64,000 nt of DNA from an uncultured Acidimicrobiales bacterium (GCA_943788915.1 CALSSD010000003.1:322663-386662), one strand, 5' to 3'; counted from the first letter of the stretch, positions 19,028 to 29,446 are shown. The notes: a model not told the origin generated them from the letters alone. Translations and numbers: made by a program.

Positions 19028-19750
19028 CTACGAGAACAACTCGCTGATGAGGAGGACCATTGCGGATGCCGACGACACGATCAGGACAATTGGGCCAAGC
19101 AGGCCTCTGTCGACGATTGGCGTTACCCACCGAGCCAGCACCCAGCCCACCATGAGCGGAGGCACCAAGGTGAGCCCTAACAACCAAGAGTCGGCATCCA
19201 TCTGACCGGCAACGGTGAGCAGGAACAGGCTCATCACGCCGCCAATTGCCTGAAACGCTCCCATCGGGCCCCGAAAGTCGCGAGCCCGGGTGTGTTGTTC
19301 GTACAGAAGTCCCATGGGCGCGCCCCCAAGGGATGCGATTGTGCCGCTGATGCCCGAAACCAGGCCTGCTCCGGCGAGCGATGCCCGAGAACGCGGTATC
19401 CGCAATCCGGCAAGCCGGAGCGCGACAAGCACTAAGACAATGACGCCAATGGTGATGGTCAGCCCTCGGTCGGAGAGCGCTGCCAGCAAGGCAACCGCCA
19501 AGGCCGCACCCACAAAACGGCCAAAGAGCGCCGGAATGACTTCGAGCGCATCAGAGGGTCGGCTGTTTCGAAGGGCCAGCACCACGCCGGTCAAGAAGCC
19601 GGCAAGCACCACCGGACCGGGTAACAAATCCGGTTCGAGCAGCCGTAGCAATGGCGCTGACAACAGCCCTTGTCCCATACCGACGGAGGACTGCAATGTG
19701 CTCGCCGCAGCCATGACCACAAACACTGCTACGTACACGCCCGGGGACAC
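19028..19750 (-). CDS. Sulfite exporter TauE/SafE (TSUP) family membrane protein
   Basis: LQSSVGMGQGLLSAPLL, SGTIASLGGAPMGLLY, multiple TM helices. Confidence 0.85.
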   Translation of the reverse strand: MSPGVYVAVFVVMAAASTLQSSVGMGQGLLSAPLLRLLEPDLLPGPVVLAGFLTGVVLALRNSRPSDALEVIPALFGRFVGAALAVALLAALSDRGLTITIGVIVLVLVALRLAGLRIPRSRASLAGAGLVSGISGTIASLGGAPMGLLYEQHTRARDFRGPMGAFQAIGGVMSLFLLTVAGQMDADSWLLGLTLVPPLMVGWVLARWVTPIVDRGLLGPIVLIVSSASAMVLLISELFS

Positions 19751-19897
19751 GGGTGCACAGTACATCGGACGCTGGCAAACGTCCGAACTATTCCCAAGTG
19801 GGGCCGTGACATAGGCCACCGTAACCGGTGTCACATTCATTAAAGAACGAAGTATTTCAGCCGTATCGTGGCAAGGCTCGCCTATGAAAGGATCCCC

Positions 19898-20317
19898 ATG
19901 TTCTGGACGAAAGACACCCCTCAAGATTTCATGCCAAAACGAGTCACAGATGCACTCGCAGCGAACTTCAACCAGCACGAACTCGTGCAGTTGAGCCGCT
20001 TCGGTACACCTGTCGATGTCGCGGCAGGCACCACCTTCACCACCGAGGGCACACTCGGCCGACAGGCCCTCGTCTTGGTCGATGGCACCGCCTCGGTTAT
20101 GCGTGATGGTGAGAAGATCGCCACCATCAAGGCTGGTGAACTTATCGGTGAGATCGCACTGCTGACGGGCGAACGCCGGACCGCCACCGTGGTAGCCGAC
20201 ACCGACGCCAGCGTGTACGCACTCTCCCCTCGGGAATTTGCATCGCTGATGGCTCGTTGCCCTCGGCTCGAGAAGCGCGTCGCCAGCGCCGCAGTCCGAC
20301 GCCTAACAGCCGCGTAG
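19898..20317 (+). CDS. Stand-alone cyclic nucleotide-binding domain protein
   Basis: GELIGEIALLTGERRTATVVA phosphate-binding cassette; GAAAGGA RBS. Confidence 0.88.
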   Translation: MFWTKDTPQDFMPKRVTDALAANFNQHELVQLSRFGTPVDVAAGTTFTTEGTLGRQALVLVDGTASVMRDGEKIATIKAGELIGEIALLTGERRTATVVADTDASVYALSPREFASLMARCPRLEKRVASAAVRRLTAA

Positions 20318-20486
20318 GCACAACCCGCCACGTAGACGGTCCACACCGACCTCATTTGCCGTACCCCCTCTGGCAGATGGCAGTACCAAGTGCCCGACCT
20401 GACCACCTCTCCCCCTTGGTGAGCCGGTCGGGCATTTGTGCAATGATTTCCCACCAGTAGTTTGGGCCGACGCAGCAAAGGACACC

Positions 20487-21047
20487 ATGAACTCACCCAA
20501 CCACCCGGCTGTGCCCGGATGGCTACAGAACGCCCGCGAACAATGGCAGAACACGGGCCGCAGCCGTCCTGACTTCGCAGTTGTGCCAGAGCCGGGTCAG
20601 GAGTCGGTGTGGGACTATCCACGCCCTCCTGCCGTCGTTGCTGACACCCGCATCGTCGAGGTGCGCAGTGGCGACATTGTGATTGCGACAACGACCCAGG
20701 CAATTCGTGTCCTTGAGACCTCACATCCGCCATCCTTTTATGTGCCGCCCACGTCACTCACCGAGGGGGTGTTAGTAGCGATACCTGGAAGTTCCCACTG
20801 CGAGTGGAAGGGCCAAGCGGAATACGTTGCCCTCTCCCCTGCTGATACGCCGATCGGCTGGCGATACCCGTCGCCCTACGCTGATTTTGCAGCATGTGCG
20901 GGCTACGTCTCGTTCTACCCCGATGCGGTTGAATGCCGGGTTGATGGCGAACTCGTGCGCGCCCAGGCAGGTGGCTTCTATGGCGGTTGGATCACCAACG
21001 AAATCGTTGGACCGTTCAAGGGCGAAACCGGCACCACTGGCTGGTAG
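20487..21047 (+). CDS. DUF427 family protein
   Basis: ESVWDYPRPP, RVLETSHPP, SHCEWKGQA, GGFYGGWIT. Confidence 0.9.
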   Translation: MNSPNHPAVPGWLQNAREQWQNTGRSRPDFAVVPEPGQESVWDYPRPPAVVADTRIVEVRSGDIVIATTTQAIRVLETSHPPSFYVPPTSLTEGVLVAIPGSSHCEWKGQAEYVALSPADTPIGWRYPSPYADFAACAGYVSFYPDAVECRVDGELVRAQAGGFYGGWITNEIVGPFKGETGTTGW

Positions 21048-21129
21048 AACCGACAAGATTTGTGGTGCTACTGCCGTTAGAGGCTCGCTGGGCCTACCAA
21101 TAATCCCGTTGATTAGTTAGCCTCAGACT

Positions 21130-22902
21130 ATGAGTAATTATTCTGCGCCCGTCCAAGACATGGACTTTGTACTCCAGCACATCGTCAACGTTGGCCAGCT
21201 GCAGGCACATGACGCGTTCGGCCATGTTGACCCCGCCGACATGGCCGGCCTGCTTGACGAGGCTGGACGGTTCTTCAGCGAGGTCGTTGCCCCCACGAAC
21301 CGCACCGGCGACATTCAGGGAAGCCAACGAAATCCCGATGGCACCGTCACCACACCCGATGGCATTGCCGAGGCGTATCAGAAACTGGTCGAAGCAGGCT
21401 GGGGTGCAATCGCCTTCGATCCCGAGTACGGCGGCGGTGGGTTCCCGATCGTTATCGGGCTCGCGGTGCAGGAAATGCTCACGTCGGCAAATATGGGGTT
21501 CTCGCTCTGCCCTCTGCTGACCCAGGGCGCCGTCCATCTTCTCGCTGAGCACGCCAGCGAGGAACAGAAGCTCACCTGGGTGCCCAAGATGGTCAGCGGC
21601 GAGTGGACCGGCACCATGAACCTGACCGAGCCTCAAGCCGGTAGCGACGTTGGTGCGCTCACGGCCAAGGCAGTCCGCAATGACGACGGCAGCTACGCCA
21701 TCACCGGACAAAAGATCTTCATCACATGGGGTGACCACGACGTCGCCGAGAACATCGTGCATCTGGTGCTCGCTCGCACCGCCGACGCTCCCCCTGGCAC
21801 CAAGGGCATCTCGGTCTTTATCGTGCCGAAATTTCTGCTGAACGACGACGGCACACCGGGCGAGGCGAACTCTCTCGAATGTGTTTCGCTCGAACACAAA
21901 CTCGGCATCCACTGCAGCCCAACCGCAGTGATGGCATTCGAAGGCGCCACTGGTTATCTGATTGGCGAAGAACAGACGGGCATGCGCTCCATGTTCACGA
22001 TGATGAACAGCGCTCGGTTGTCGGTCGGTCTCGAAGGTCTTGCCGTTGCCGAACGGGCCTATCAACTGGCCGTGCAGTATTCGTTCGACCGCACCCAAGG
22101 TGGCCGTCCCGGTCTCGCCAAGGGCGAGGCCGCGCCAATCGTTGAGCATCCTGATGTTCGCCGCATGCTGATCACTATGAAGGCCTACATCGAGGCCATG
22201 CGTGCACTCTGTTATTTGAACGCCAAAGCCATGGACGACGCGCATCACGCCGCCGACGCCGAAGCACGGGCTGCGGGTCAGGAACTAGCCGAGGTACTCA
22301 CGCCACTTTCCAAAGCGTGGTGCACCGACCTGGGCAACGAACTCACGTCTCTCGGTGTGCAGGTACATGGCGGCATGGGTTTCGTCGAAGAAACCGGCGC
22401 TGCGCAGCACTACCGCGACATCCGCATCGGTGCGATTTACGAAGGCACAAACGGCATCCAGGCCATTGACCTGATCGGCCGCAAACTCCCAATCCGCGAT
22501 GGTGCTGCCGTCGGCGAATTGCTGGACCAGACACAGGCCTACGCCGAAGCCCTTGGCGGTGATCTTGCGTCGCTGACCAAACCATTGGTCGATGGTGTGT
22601 CTGCGTGCCGTGAGTCCAGCGCATGGCTCTTAACCAACCGGGGCGATGCAGCTCTGGCCGGCGCGACGCCGTACTTGCGCCTACTTTCGACCGTCGTGGC
22701 GGGTGGCCTGATGGCAAAGGGTGCAGCAGTCGCTCACGCCGAACTGACTGATGGTGCCACCGGTGACCGGGCCGAGTTCCTGTCACAGAAGATCGTGACT
22801 ACCAGCTTCTTCATCGAACAGCTCGTACCTGCTCAGCTTGGCCTGATGCCGTCGATCATGTCTGGCAACGACGTCTTGGCGAACTTTCACCCAGTGGTCT
22901 AA
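21130..22902 (+). CDS. Acyl-CoA dehydrogenase (long, DmdC-like subfamily)
   Basis: WTGTMNLTEPQAGSDVG, GQKIFITWGDHD, EHKLGIHCSPT, GVQVHGGMGFVEETG, IYEGTNGIQAIDL. Confidence 0.93.
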   Translation: MSNYSAPVQDMDFVLQHIVNVGQLQAHDAFGHVDPADMAGLLDEAGRFFSEVVAPTNRTGDIQGSQRNPDGTVTTPDGIAEAYQKLVEAGWGAIAFDPEYGGGGFPIVIGLAVQEMLTSANMGFSLCPLLTQGAVHLLAEHASEEQKLTWVPKMVSGEWTGTMNLTEPQAGSDVGALTAKAVRNDDGSYAITGQKIFITWGDHDVAENIVHLVLARTADAPPGTKGISVFIVPKFLLNDDGTPGEANSLECVSLEHKLGIHCSPTAVMAFEGATGYLIGEEQTGMRSMFTMMNSARLSVGLEGLAVAERAYQLAVQYSFDRTQGGRPGLAKGEAAPIVEHPDVRRMLITMKAYIEAMRALCYLNAKAMDDAHHAADAEARAAGQELAEVLTPLSKAWCTDLGNELTSLGVQVHGGMGFVEETGAAQHYRDIRIGAIYEGTNGIQAIDLIGRKLPIRDGAAVGELLDQTQAYAEALGGDLASLTKPLVDGVSACRESSAWLLTNRGDAALAGATPYLRLLSTVVAGGLMAKGAAVAHAELTDGATGDRAEFLSQKIVTTSFFIEQLVPAQLGLMPSIMSGNDVLANFHPVV

Positions 22903-22954
22903 CCCTGCTGGCCGCGATTCCTTCTCGCGTTCCTACATCTGGAAACGACGGGTG

Positions 22955-23530
22955 TCATCTCACGAGAACCACACCAGCGTTCGCCATTGCGGTGAGCGCC
23001 GCTGCGGTTGTATCAGTGGCTACCCCGGCGCAGTACTCAAGCAGCACCGTGGCAGTGAAGCCCGCCGCTACCGCATCGAGCGCGGTGGCTCGCACGCAAT
23101 GATCGGTCGCGAGTCCGACAATTTCGACCTGGTGTACACCACGTGTCTCAAGCCAATCATGCAGCGATGCGTGATCTGAATCGGCTTGTCCTTCAAACCC
23201 GCTGTAGCAGGCACCATGGAGGCCCTTGCTAAAGATCTCGTCAGGGTTGGCCTGAAGACTCGGATGAAATGCCGCTCCGGTGGTCTCGGCCTGACAATGC
23301 ACCGGCCAGGTATCCACGAAGTTGGGTTCCTCGCCCGGCAGCACCCAGTGGTTGCCGGGATCGATATGCCAATCGCGGGTGAGGATCGTGCTTGTCCAAC
23401 GGCTGGCATTGGCTGGATCGGCCAACAACTCGGTGATCGATGCGGCAACCGCTGCCCCACCATCGACGGCGAGTGAGCCGCCTTCGCAAAAGTCGTTCTG
23501 CACATCGATGATGAGAAGCGCACAGCTCAT
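22955..23530 (-). CDS. pncA: Nicotinamidase/pyrazinamidase
   Basis: IIDVQNDFCEGGSL, TRDWHIDPGNH, WPVHC, GLATDHCVRATA. Confidence 0.93.
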   Translation of the reverse strand: MSCALLIIDVQNDFCEGGSLAVDGGAAVAASITELLADPANASRWTSTILTRDWHIDPGNHWVLPGEEPNFVDTWPVHCQAETTGAAFHPSLQANPDEIFSKGLHGACYSGFEGQADSDHASLHDWLETRGVHQVEIVGLATDHCVRATALDAVAAGFTATVLLEYCAGVATDTTAAALTAMANAGVVLVR

Positions 23531-24876
23531 GACAGCGACATCTCTTCGTCGAGTTCGATGCCGACCCAGGTGGTCGGAACCGCTGCGGTGTTGTCTGGGT
23601 TGATCTGACGGAACTCAGGACGTAAACGATTGCGACGATCAAGGCAACGGTCGCGAGCATGCTGCAACTCGAACGAGGCTTCGACCTGGCCTGACCGAAT
23701 GAGTGGCACCTGGGGTCGGTGTGCCGTTTCGCTGAGGTCGACAGGTAACACCGAGAGCACTTCGGCATCCCAGTACCCATCGGCATCAAGCGTTCGATGC
23801 ACGTTCTTGCGGCCACCAATCGTGCGTTTACCTGGTGACAATTTGCCCACCGCACGCATCTTCTGCATTGGGTCGTCGGAGTCGGCGATCGACACCAGCT
23901 TGTAGACCATGGACGCCGTTGGGTACCCAGAACCGGTCACCAGTTGGGTACCAACGAGGTAGGCATCGATCGGCGCATCGGCAGCTTCGAGTTCGGTCAC
24001 GCGGTACTCGTCGAGGTCGCTCGAAACCACAATCCTGCAGTTCGAGGCACCAAGATCATCGAGCAATGCACGGGCCCGGCGAGAATCGTCGAGAAGATCA
24101 CCTGAGTCGATCCGCACACCGCCGATCGCGGGACCAACTACCTCGACTGCGTTACGAATGCCTTGCTCGACGTCGAAGGTGTCGACCAGATAGGTCGAGT
24201 CGGCCCCCATTGCTCGCAGCTGAGCTTCGAACGCCAACTTCTCGGTGGTGTGGGCCAGCACGAAGGCGTGTGCGGTTGTTCCTCCGGTGGGAATGCCATA
24301 ACGGCGGCCTGCCTCGAGGTTCGACGTGGTATCAAACCCGCCAATGTGGGCGGCCCGGGCGGATGCAATCGCTGCGTCGGGGTCGGTACGACGACTGCCG
24401 CCATCGATCAGTCGTCGACCATTGGCGGCGTCGGTGACTCGGGCGGCAGCACTGGCAACGGCACAGTCGTGGTTGAGCACCGAGAGCAGCACAGTCTCGA
24501 GCACGACACATTCGGCAAAACTGCCCTCGACCGTCAGCACCGGGCTATACGGAAAGAACAGTTCACCATCGGCGTACCCGGTGACATCACCTCGGAAGTG
24601 ATAGTTCGCCAACCAGTCAGTCATTGGACCCGCCGACACAACACCAGCAGTCACCAGATGTTCGATGACGTCGCTGCTAAAGCGGAAGTTGCCGATGGCT
24701 TCGATCAGCCGGTTCATACCAGCGACCACGCCATAGGCCCGGCCAGCAGGCAACCGGCGGGTGAATACTTCGAACACCGAATCGCGACTGGCGATGCCCG
24801 ACTCGAGCGCCGATGCAACCATCGTCAGCTCGTAATGGTCGGTATGTAGGGCAGTAGCGACACCTTGATCCACCAC
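23527..24876 (-). CDS. pncB: Nicotinate phosphoribosyltransferase
   Basis: TDHYELTM, FEVFTRRLP, GTTAHAF, LVDTFD, GVRIDSGD, VYKLV; ATGA overlap with pncA. Confidence 0.95.
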   Translation of the reverse strand: MVDQGVATALHTDHYELTMVASALESGIASRDSVFEVFTRRLPAGRAYGVVAGMNRLIEAIGNFRFSSDVIEHLVTAGVVSAGPMTDWLANYHFRGDVTGYADGELFFPYSPVLTVEGSFAECVVLETVLLSVLNHDCAVASAAARVTDAANGRRLIDGGSRRTDPDAAIASARAAHIGGFDTTSNLEAGRRYGIPTGGTTAHAFVLAHTTEKLAFEAQLRAMGADSTYLVDTFDVEQGIRNAVEVVGPAIGGVRIDSGDLLDDSRRARALLDDLGASNCRIVVSSDLDEYRVTELEAADAPIDAYLVGTQLVTGSGYPTASMVYKLVSIADSDDPMQKMRAVGKLSPGKRTIGGRKNVHRTLDADGYWDAEVLSVLPVDLSETAHRPQVPLIRSGQVEASFELQHARDRCLDRRNRLRPEFRQINPDNTAAVPTTWVGIELDEEMSLS

Positions 24877-25058
24877 ACAAAGCTAGACGCACCACGGTCG
24901 GATCAGGTCATTGGTTTTCGCCAACACATGCTCATGGCCAGTCGTTCGACTGCAGGGCCAACCCGGTGGACACCGCGCAACTTCTCGTCGATGTCGTGGG
25001 CCCCGTGTCGTAAGCGCGGAGATCGGAGCGCTGGCGGCACCGAACCTTGGGCAAGCGC

Positions 25059-25763
25059 TTAGGGTTTCTCGTCGAGTTCGGGCGCCTCCAGAATCAGCTC
25101 GACGCTGGAAGGGTTCTCGCACTCCCATGGCGGGACTCCCTGCTTGTCGAGCACCGACAAGATCTCGGTCACCGAGGTAACCCATGCTGCCTCGCGCCGA
25201 GTGGAACGGGCAAACACCACACCAACCAGGTTCTCGTCTTGGTCGACAATGGCGGCGCCGCTATCGCCACCCCTGATCGCAACACTCATTTCGTACCCAC
25301 TGCGAGCCGTCTTACGTTCCAAATCGCCGATCGATTCGGTGGTCAGCCGGACCCGTCGCAGCACCGCTCCTTCGGTGGTGCCGCTCGCGGCCCCTTCGAC
25401 CATCTCCACGGCATCGCCAGCGCTCGCTACCCGAGTGGCCATGGGGCTCGCTCTGAGTCCAGGAATTCGCAACACCGCAAGGTCACGGTCCACGTCCATA
25501 TGTAGGATCTCGGGTCGGAACCAACGTCCTGTCGAGTCACGCACTGCGAAGTCGCGAGTCTCGTAGATCGCGTGAGCCACTGTGACCACCGTCTCGTTGT
25601 CGATCACAAATCCCGACGATGTTGACTGCAGACTCGGCTGACATGGCAGTGTCGCTATGACGACCGGACGCTGGGCCATGGCGGTTACCGGAGCCACCTG
25701 GGTGGTCTGACTGGCTACGACGAGTCCGAGCCCACAGACCACCGCCAGGGTTCGCCATGACAT
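25059..25763 (-). CDS. Secreted trypsin-like serine protease (MarP-like catalytic domain)
   Basis: VVTVAHA, DLAVL, GGDSGAAI triad motifs. Confidence 0.85.
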   Translation of the reverse strand: MSWRTLAVVCGLGLVVASQTTQVAPVTAMAQRPVVIATLPCQPSLQSTSSGFVIDNETVVTVAHAIYETRDFAVRDSTGRWFRPEILHMDVDRDLAVLRIPGLRASPMATRVASAGDAVEMVEGAASGTTEGAVLRRVRLTTESIGDLERKTARSGYEMSVAIRGGDSGAAIVDQDENLVGVVFARSTRREAAWVTSVTEILSVLDKQGVPPWECENPSSVELILEAPELDEKP

Positions 25764-25783
25764 ACCCGCTCAGTTCCTCGGTG

Positions 25784-26338
25784 TTATGCCTGGCGGCCGA
25801 CGAGCCCCAGGTAGCGGTCAAGGATGGGTGCATCATTGGCGACGGGTATGACAGGGCCGGTGCGACCGGACTCGACCAGCATGTCGGACATCGGGGCGAT
25901 CACAGCGTGGCACGCCTGGACCAGAGCGTCGTCGAGTGCATGGTGTTGGCCGACCGCCTGAGCGAGGTCCCACGTGTGGGTCACGGCGTCCCACATGACG
26001 ATCCCGACCATGTCATCGACCGTCGGAGCGTCGAACCAGAATGGGCCCTGCTGACCGAGCACACCCTGCTGATCAAGCGCCAGTAGCACCGAATCTCGTG
26101 TCTCACGCCACGCCGCCTGAGGGTCACTCATGTCGGCTGGTGGCGTTGGTCCGGCCATCTTCCCGCTGGTCGCAACCGCTGTGACGCCATTGAGGACGGC
26201 ACATTGGTGCTCGAGAAGATCGGCGGCTGTCCAACCTTCGCACGGCGTTGCGTTCTGCCATGCATTGTCGTCGGTCCGCTGCACGACGGCATCAAATGCA
26301 AGCACTGCCTGCACGAAGTTGCGTGAATTCTGACTCAT
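25784..26338 (-). CDS. TIGR03086/MDMPI_N-type metal-binding protein
   Basis: TPCEGWTAADLLEH, DAVTHTWDLAQA, LGLVGR. Confidence 0.88.
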   Translation of the reverse strand: MSQNSRNFVQAVLAFDAVVQRTDDNAWQNATPCEGWTAADLLEHQCAVLNGVTAVATSGKMAGPTPPADMSDPQAAWRETRDSVLLALDQQGVLGQQGPFWFDAPTVDDMVGIVMWDAVTHTWDLAQAVGQHHALDDALVQACHAVIAPMSDMLVESGRTGPVIPVANDAPILDRYLGLVGRQA

Positions 26339-26505
26339 AGTGATCTCCGTTAGTCCGAAACGACAGACTGACACTACCCAGATTCGACAGACCAGAACCC
26401 GAACGTGAACTCATAGGGGCATCTTCTTCGCCCACAACACACAGCCGGCAACCTGGTTAGCCTCGCTGTCCCGACTCGGAAGATTGCCCGTGTTTGGAAG
26501 AAAGG

Positions 26506-27069
26506 TCAGTTGGTGTGTGAACGCATGGCAGCGACATTGCGCTGGCTGACTTCGATGAGATCGCCCTTGCGCACCACGAAGGAAACAACAAGATCGACCT
26601 GATGTTGTCCTGATCGAAGCCGACCACTGACCACGTCGAGCTCCATGCCTTCGACGGGTGTCAGCAGCGCAACGGCGCGGAAGCCGTCGTCGGTGCCTGG
26701 CGACGAACGTTTTTCTTCGTGAACGAGTTCGTAACTATCCCAGATCCACACATCGTTGACCGACACGAACCGACATGTGTGGTTGGCCTTGCGTTTGGAC
26801 ACCATGGCGCCGGGACACACGATGAACGGTCCCTCGATGTACGGCAACACGCCCATACCGTCTCGACCAAAACCGTGGTCGAAGGCGTCGTCGATTACCG
26901 CTTGTTGATCACCCTGTTCCACGGCCCGACGCCGAGTCTCATCACCCAATGCAGCGGCCAGGTGCACCAGCACGTCGTCGTCGAGTCGTTGCGCGAGCTC
27001 AACTGCTACGAGCGGATCTTCGGTGAGATGTCGCACAATCGTGCCGTAACGCCTGGTTGCCACCGACAT
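26506..27069 (-). CDS. Hypothetical protein (start uncertain)
   Basis: Long ORF with genome-like codon usage downstream of the aldolase; no recognised motif. Confidence 0.6.
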   Translation of the reverse strand: MSVATRRYGTIVRHLTEDPLVAVELAQRLDDDVLVHLAAALGDETRRRAVEQGDQQAVIDDAFDHGFGRDGMGVLPYIEGPFIVCPGAMVSKRKANHTCRFVSVNDVWIWDSYELVHEEKRSSPGTDDGFRAVALLTPVEGMELDVVSGRLRSGQHQVDLVVSFVVRKGDLIEVSQRNVAAMRSHTN

Positions 27070-27127
27070 ATCTTGGCCCACGGGTGTGACAGTTTCACCG
27101 ACCTGGACCACGATCCTGACGAAGTCG

Positions 27128-27904
27128 TCAGTACATGGCGTTGGAGCCCTCGGCGCCTTCGCCTCGGGCTCGGGCCAGTTCGGCTTTAACGCCAACGTTC
27201 ATCGCAACATTGTCCGCAGTGACCGTGATCATGCGGAAACCTTGTTCGAGCCGCAGCGGAGTCAACGAACCACTCGAATGGATACCCGGGACCACGCCAG
27301 CGTTCTGGCACGCAGCAACGATGGTGGTCAACGCATCGGTGAATTCGGCAACATCATCGTTGTTACCGGGCTGCAGACCCAGGCTGATGGAAAGGTCCGC
27401 TGGGCCGACGTAGACCGCGTCGACGCCAGGTGTGTTCACGATGGCGTCCACATTGTTCAACGCATCGACGGTCTCAACCATGACGATCGTCGCTACCTGA
27501 TCATTCGAAGCTGCAAAGTAGTTCGGCAGGCGGGGCGCAGCGCCACTTGGCCCCCAACTGCGGGCGCCAACAGGCGGATACCGGCATGCGTCGACGGCCG
27601 CTTGGGCTTCCTCGGCGCTATTAACCATTGGCACGATGACACCCTGCGCCCCGGCGTCGAGGAGTTTGCCGATGATCCCTGGTTCGTTCCACGGGGCCCG
27701 TGCGATCGGGTTGCTACCGCCCACGATGATGCCCTGGATCATGCCGACGCTGGCCTGGTAGTCGATCAGCCCGTGCTGATTGTCGCAGCACACATACGAC
27801 ACACCGGAACGGGCAAGCGATTCGGCCGCCATCGAACTCGGAATCCCGGCCCACAGGCCAAGAGTTGTTTCGCCAGCACGCCACAGGTCACGAAGAGAAT
27901 CCAT
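27128..27904 (-). CDS. HpcH/HpaI class II aldolase
   Basis: DNQHG, KLLDAGAQGVIVPMV, RYPPVGARSWGP, VMVET, VYVGPADLS. Confidence 0.93.
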   Translation of the reverse strand: MDSLRDLWRAGETTLGLWAGIPSSMAAESLARSGVSYVCCDNQHGLIDYQASVGMIQGIIVGGSNPIARAPWNEPGIIGKLLDAGAQGVIVPMVNSAEEAQAAVDACRYPPVGARSWGPSGAAPRLPNYFAASNDQVATIVMVETVDALNNVDAIVNTPGVDAVYVGPADLSISLGLQPGNNDDVAEFTDALTTIVAACQNAGVVPGIHSSGSLTPLRLEQGFRMITVTADNVAMNVGVKAELARARGEGAEGSNAMY

Positions 27905-27923
27905 GGCACATGGTCTAGCAGTT

Positions 27924-28409
27924 TTTCACCGCTCCGCTAGGGCCGACGTTCGTCGGACACGGTTTCACGCCTCCCGACGTCGGCTCGTCCCTCGCCAACC
28001 ACCCGCTCGTCCCTCGCTCCCAGCCCCATTTCACCGCTCCGCTAGGGCCGACGTTCGTCGGACACGGTTTCACGCCTCCCGACGTCGGCTCGTCCCTCGC
28101 CAACCACCCGCTCGTCCCTCGCTCCCAGCCCCATTTCACCGCTCCGCTAGGGCCGACGTTCGTCGGACACGGTTTCACGCCTCCCGACGTCGGCTCGTCC
28201 CTCGCCAACCACCCGCTCGTCCCTCGCTCCCAGCCCCATTTCACCGCTCCGCTAGGGCCGACGTTCGTCGGACACGGTTTCACGCCTCCCGACGTCGGCT
28301 CGTCCCTCGCCAACCACCCGCTCGTCCCTCGCTCCCAGCCCCATTTCACCGCTCCGCTAGGGCCGACGTTCGTCGGACACGGTTTCACGCCTCCCGACGT
28401 CGGCTCGTC
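27924..28409. repeat. Perfect intergenic tandem repeat, 105-bp unit x ~4.6
   Basis: Unit starts TTTCACCGCTCCGCTAGGGCC at 27924, 28029, 28134, 28239 and 28344; no variable spacers. Confidence 0.97.
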
Positions 28410-29331
28410 AGGATGGATTGACGATGGACGCAGGTCGGCCATCGAGCACGGCCAGAGCGTTCTCGAAGGCGTGTTCGTACAACCGACGTCGTCCGATTGC
28501 TGTCGACGATGCGATGTGCGGTGTCACCACCACATCGTCTCGGCCGAGCAGCGGGTGCCCGACCGGCAAGGGCTCGGGATCTGTCACGTCGAGCGCAGCT
28601 CCCGCGAGGTGACCAGCATCAAGTGTGACGAGCAACGCGTCATGGTCCACGAGCGGCCCGCGCGCACAGTTGATCAGGTACGAACCTTGCCGCATCGCAG
28701 CGAAGCTGGTCGCGTTCATCATGTGTCGGGTCTCGGCAGTCGACGGTGCATGCAGCGACAACACCTGGGCCGACGAAATGACCTCGTCAAGTGCCGCAAG
28801 CGTGACCCCAGAAATGGGTGACGTATCAAGAAACGGATCACAGGCCATGACCTGCATCCCGAACGCCTGGGCGGCCACAGCGACACGTTTGGCAATACGC
28901 CCGAGCCCCACCAGACCCAGCGTGGCCCCGTCGAGCTCAAGCGATGTGGCGGCGCCTGGGCCGGAAAGACCATCGGCTGCACGTTTGATCTTCGCTGGAA
29001 GTTCCTTCGTCACCGCGAACATCAGTGCGAGTGTGTGCTCGGCCGTCGACACCGTCGGTGAATCTGGGCCGTTACACACGATCACGCCGGCGGCGGTGGC
29101 CGCGTCGACATCAACATTGTCGTAACCGATCCCAGCCCGTGAGATCACCCGCAGGTTCGGGAACTGGGCAAAACGCTCGGCGTCCCAATGGTCGCCGATG
29201 CCGATCACCGCAGCAGGAGCGTTGCCAAGTGTGGCGTCGTCGTGACCAATGAGATCAGCGCGGCCATCGAGGAAGTCGAGGTCGGCCTGCACGATGGGAC
29301 GATCGATGTGAATACTGTGCCGGTCTGCCAT
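28408..29331 (-). CDS. D-isomer-specific 2-hydroxyacid dehydrogenase (SerA-like, no ACT domain)
   Basis: RAGIGYDNVD, GLVGLGRIA, INCARG, ALDVTDPEP, TPHIAS. Confidence 0.92.
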   Translation of the reverse strand: MADRHSIHIDRPIVQADLDFLDGRADLIGHDDATLGNAPAAVIGIGDHWDAERFAQFPNLRVISRAGIGYDNVDVDAATAAGVIVCNGPDSPTVSTAEHTLALMFAVTKELPAKIKRAADGLSGPGAATSLELDGATLGLVGLGRIAKRVAVAAQAFGMQVMACDPFLDTSPISGVTLAALDEVISSAQVLSLHAPSTAETRHMMNATSFAAMRQGSYLINCARGPLVDHDALLVTLDAGHLAGAALDVTDPEPLPVGHPLLGRDDVVVTPHIASSTAIGRRRLYEHAFENALAVLDGRPASIVNPS

Positions 29332-29342
29332 AGCCGCAGTAT

Positions 29343-29446
29343 TGCACCGCGCTGTATTGCACCGCTCCGCTCAGGCCGACGTTCGTCAGACATGGTTTTC
29401 GCAAGACTGGCCACCTCCCCTGCACCGCTCTCTATTGCACCGCTCC
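29343..29446. repeat. Degenerate copy of the 105-bp repeat core flanked by 26-bp direct repeats
   Basis: CACCGCTCCGCTCAGGCCGACGTTCGTCAGACATGGTTT resembles the array unit; TGCACCGCnCTnTATTGCACCGCTCC at 29343 and 29421. Confidence 0.7.

Noticed and set aside
27924..28409. CRISPR array
   Set aside because: Units are fully identical with no unique spacers, and no cas genes are in the window
27780..28442. Repeat-protein ORFs (213 aa +, 175 aa -)
   Set aside because: Open frames follow from the 105-bp stop-free unit; Arg/Pro-rich composition and overlap with real genes; not called as CDS
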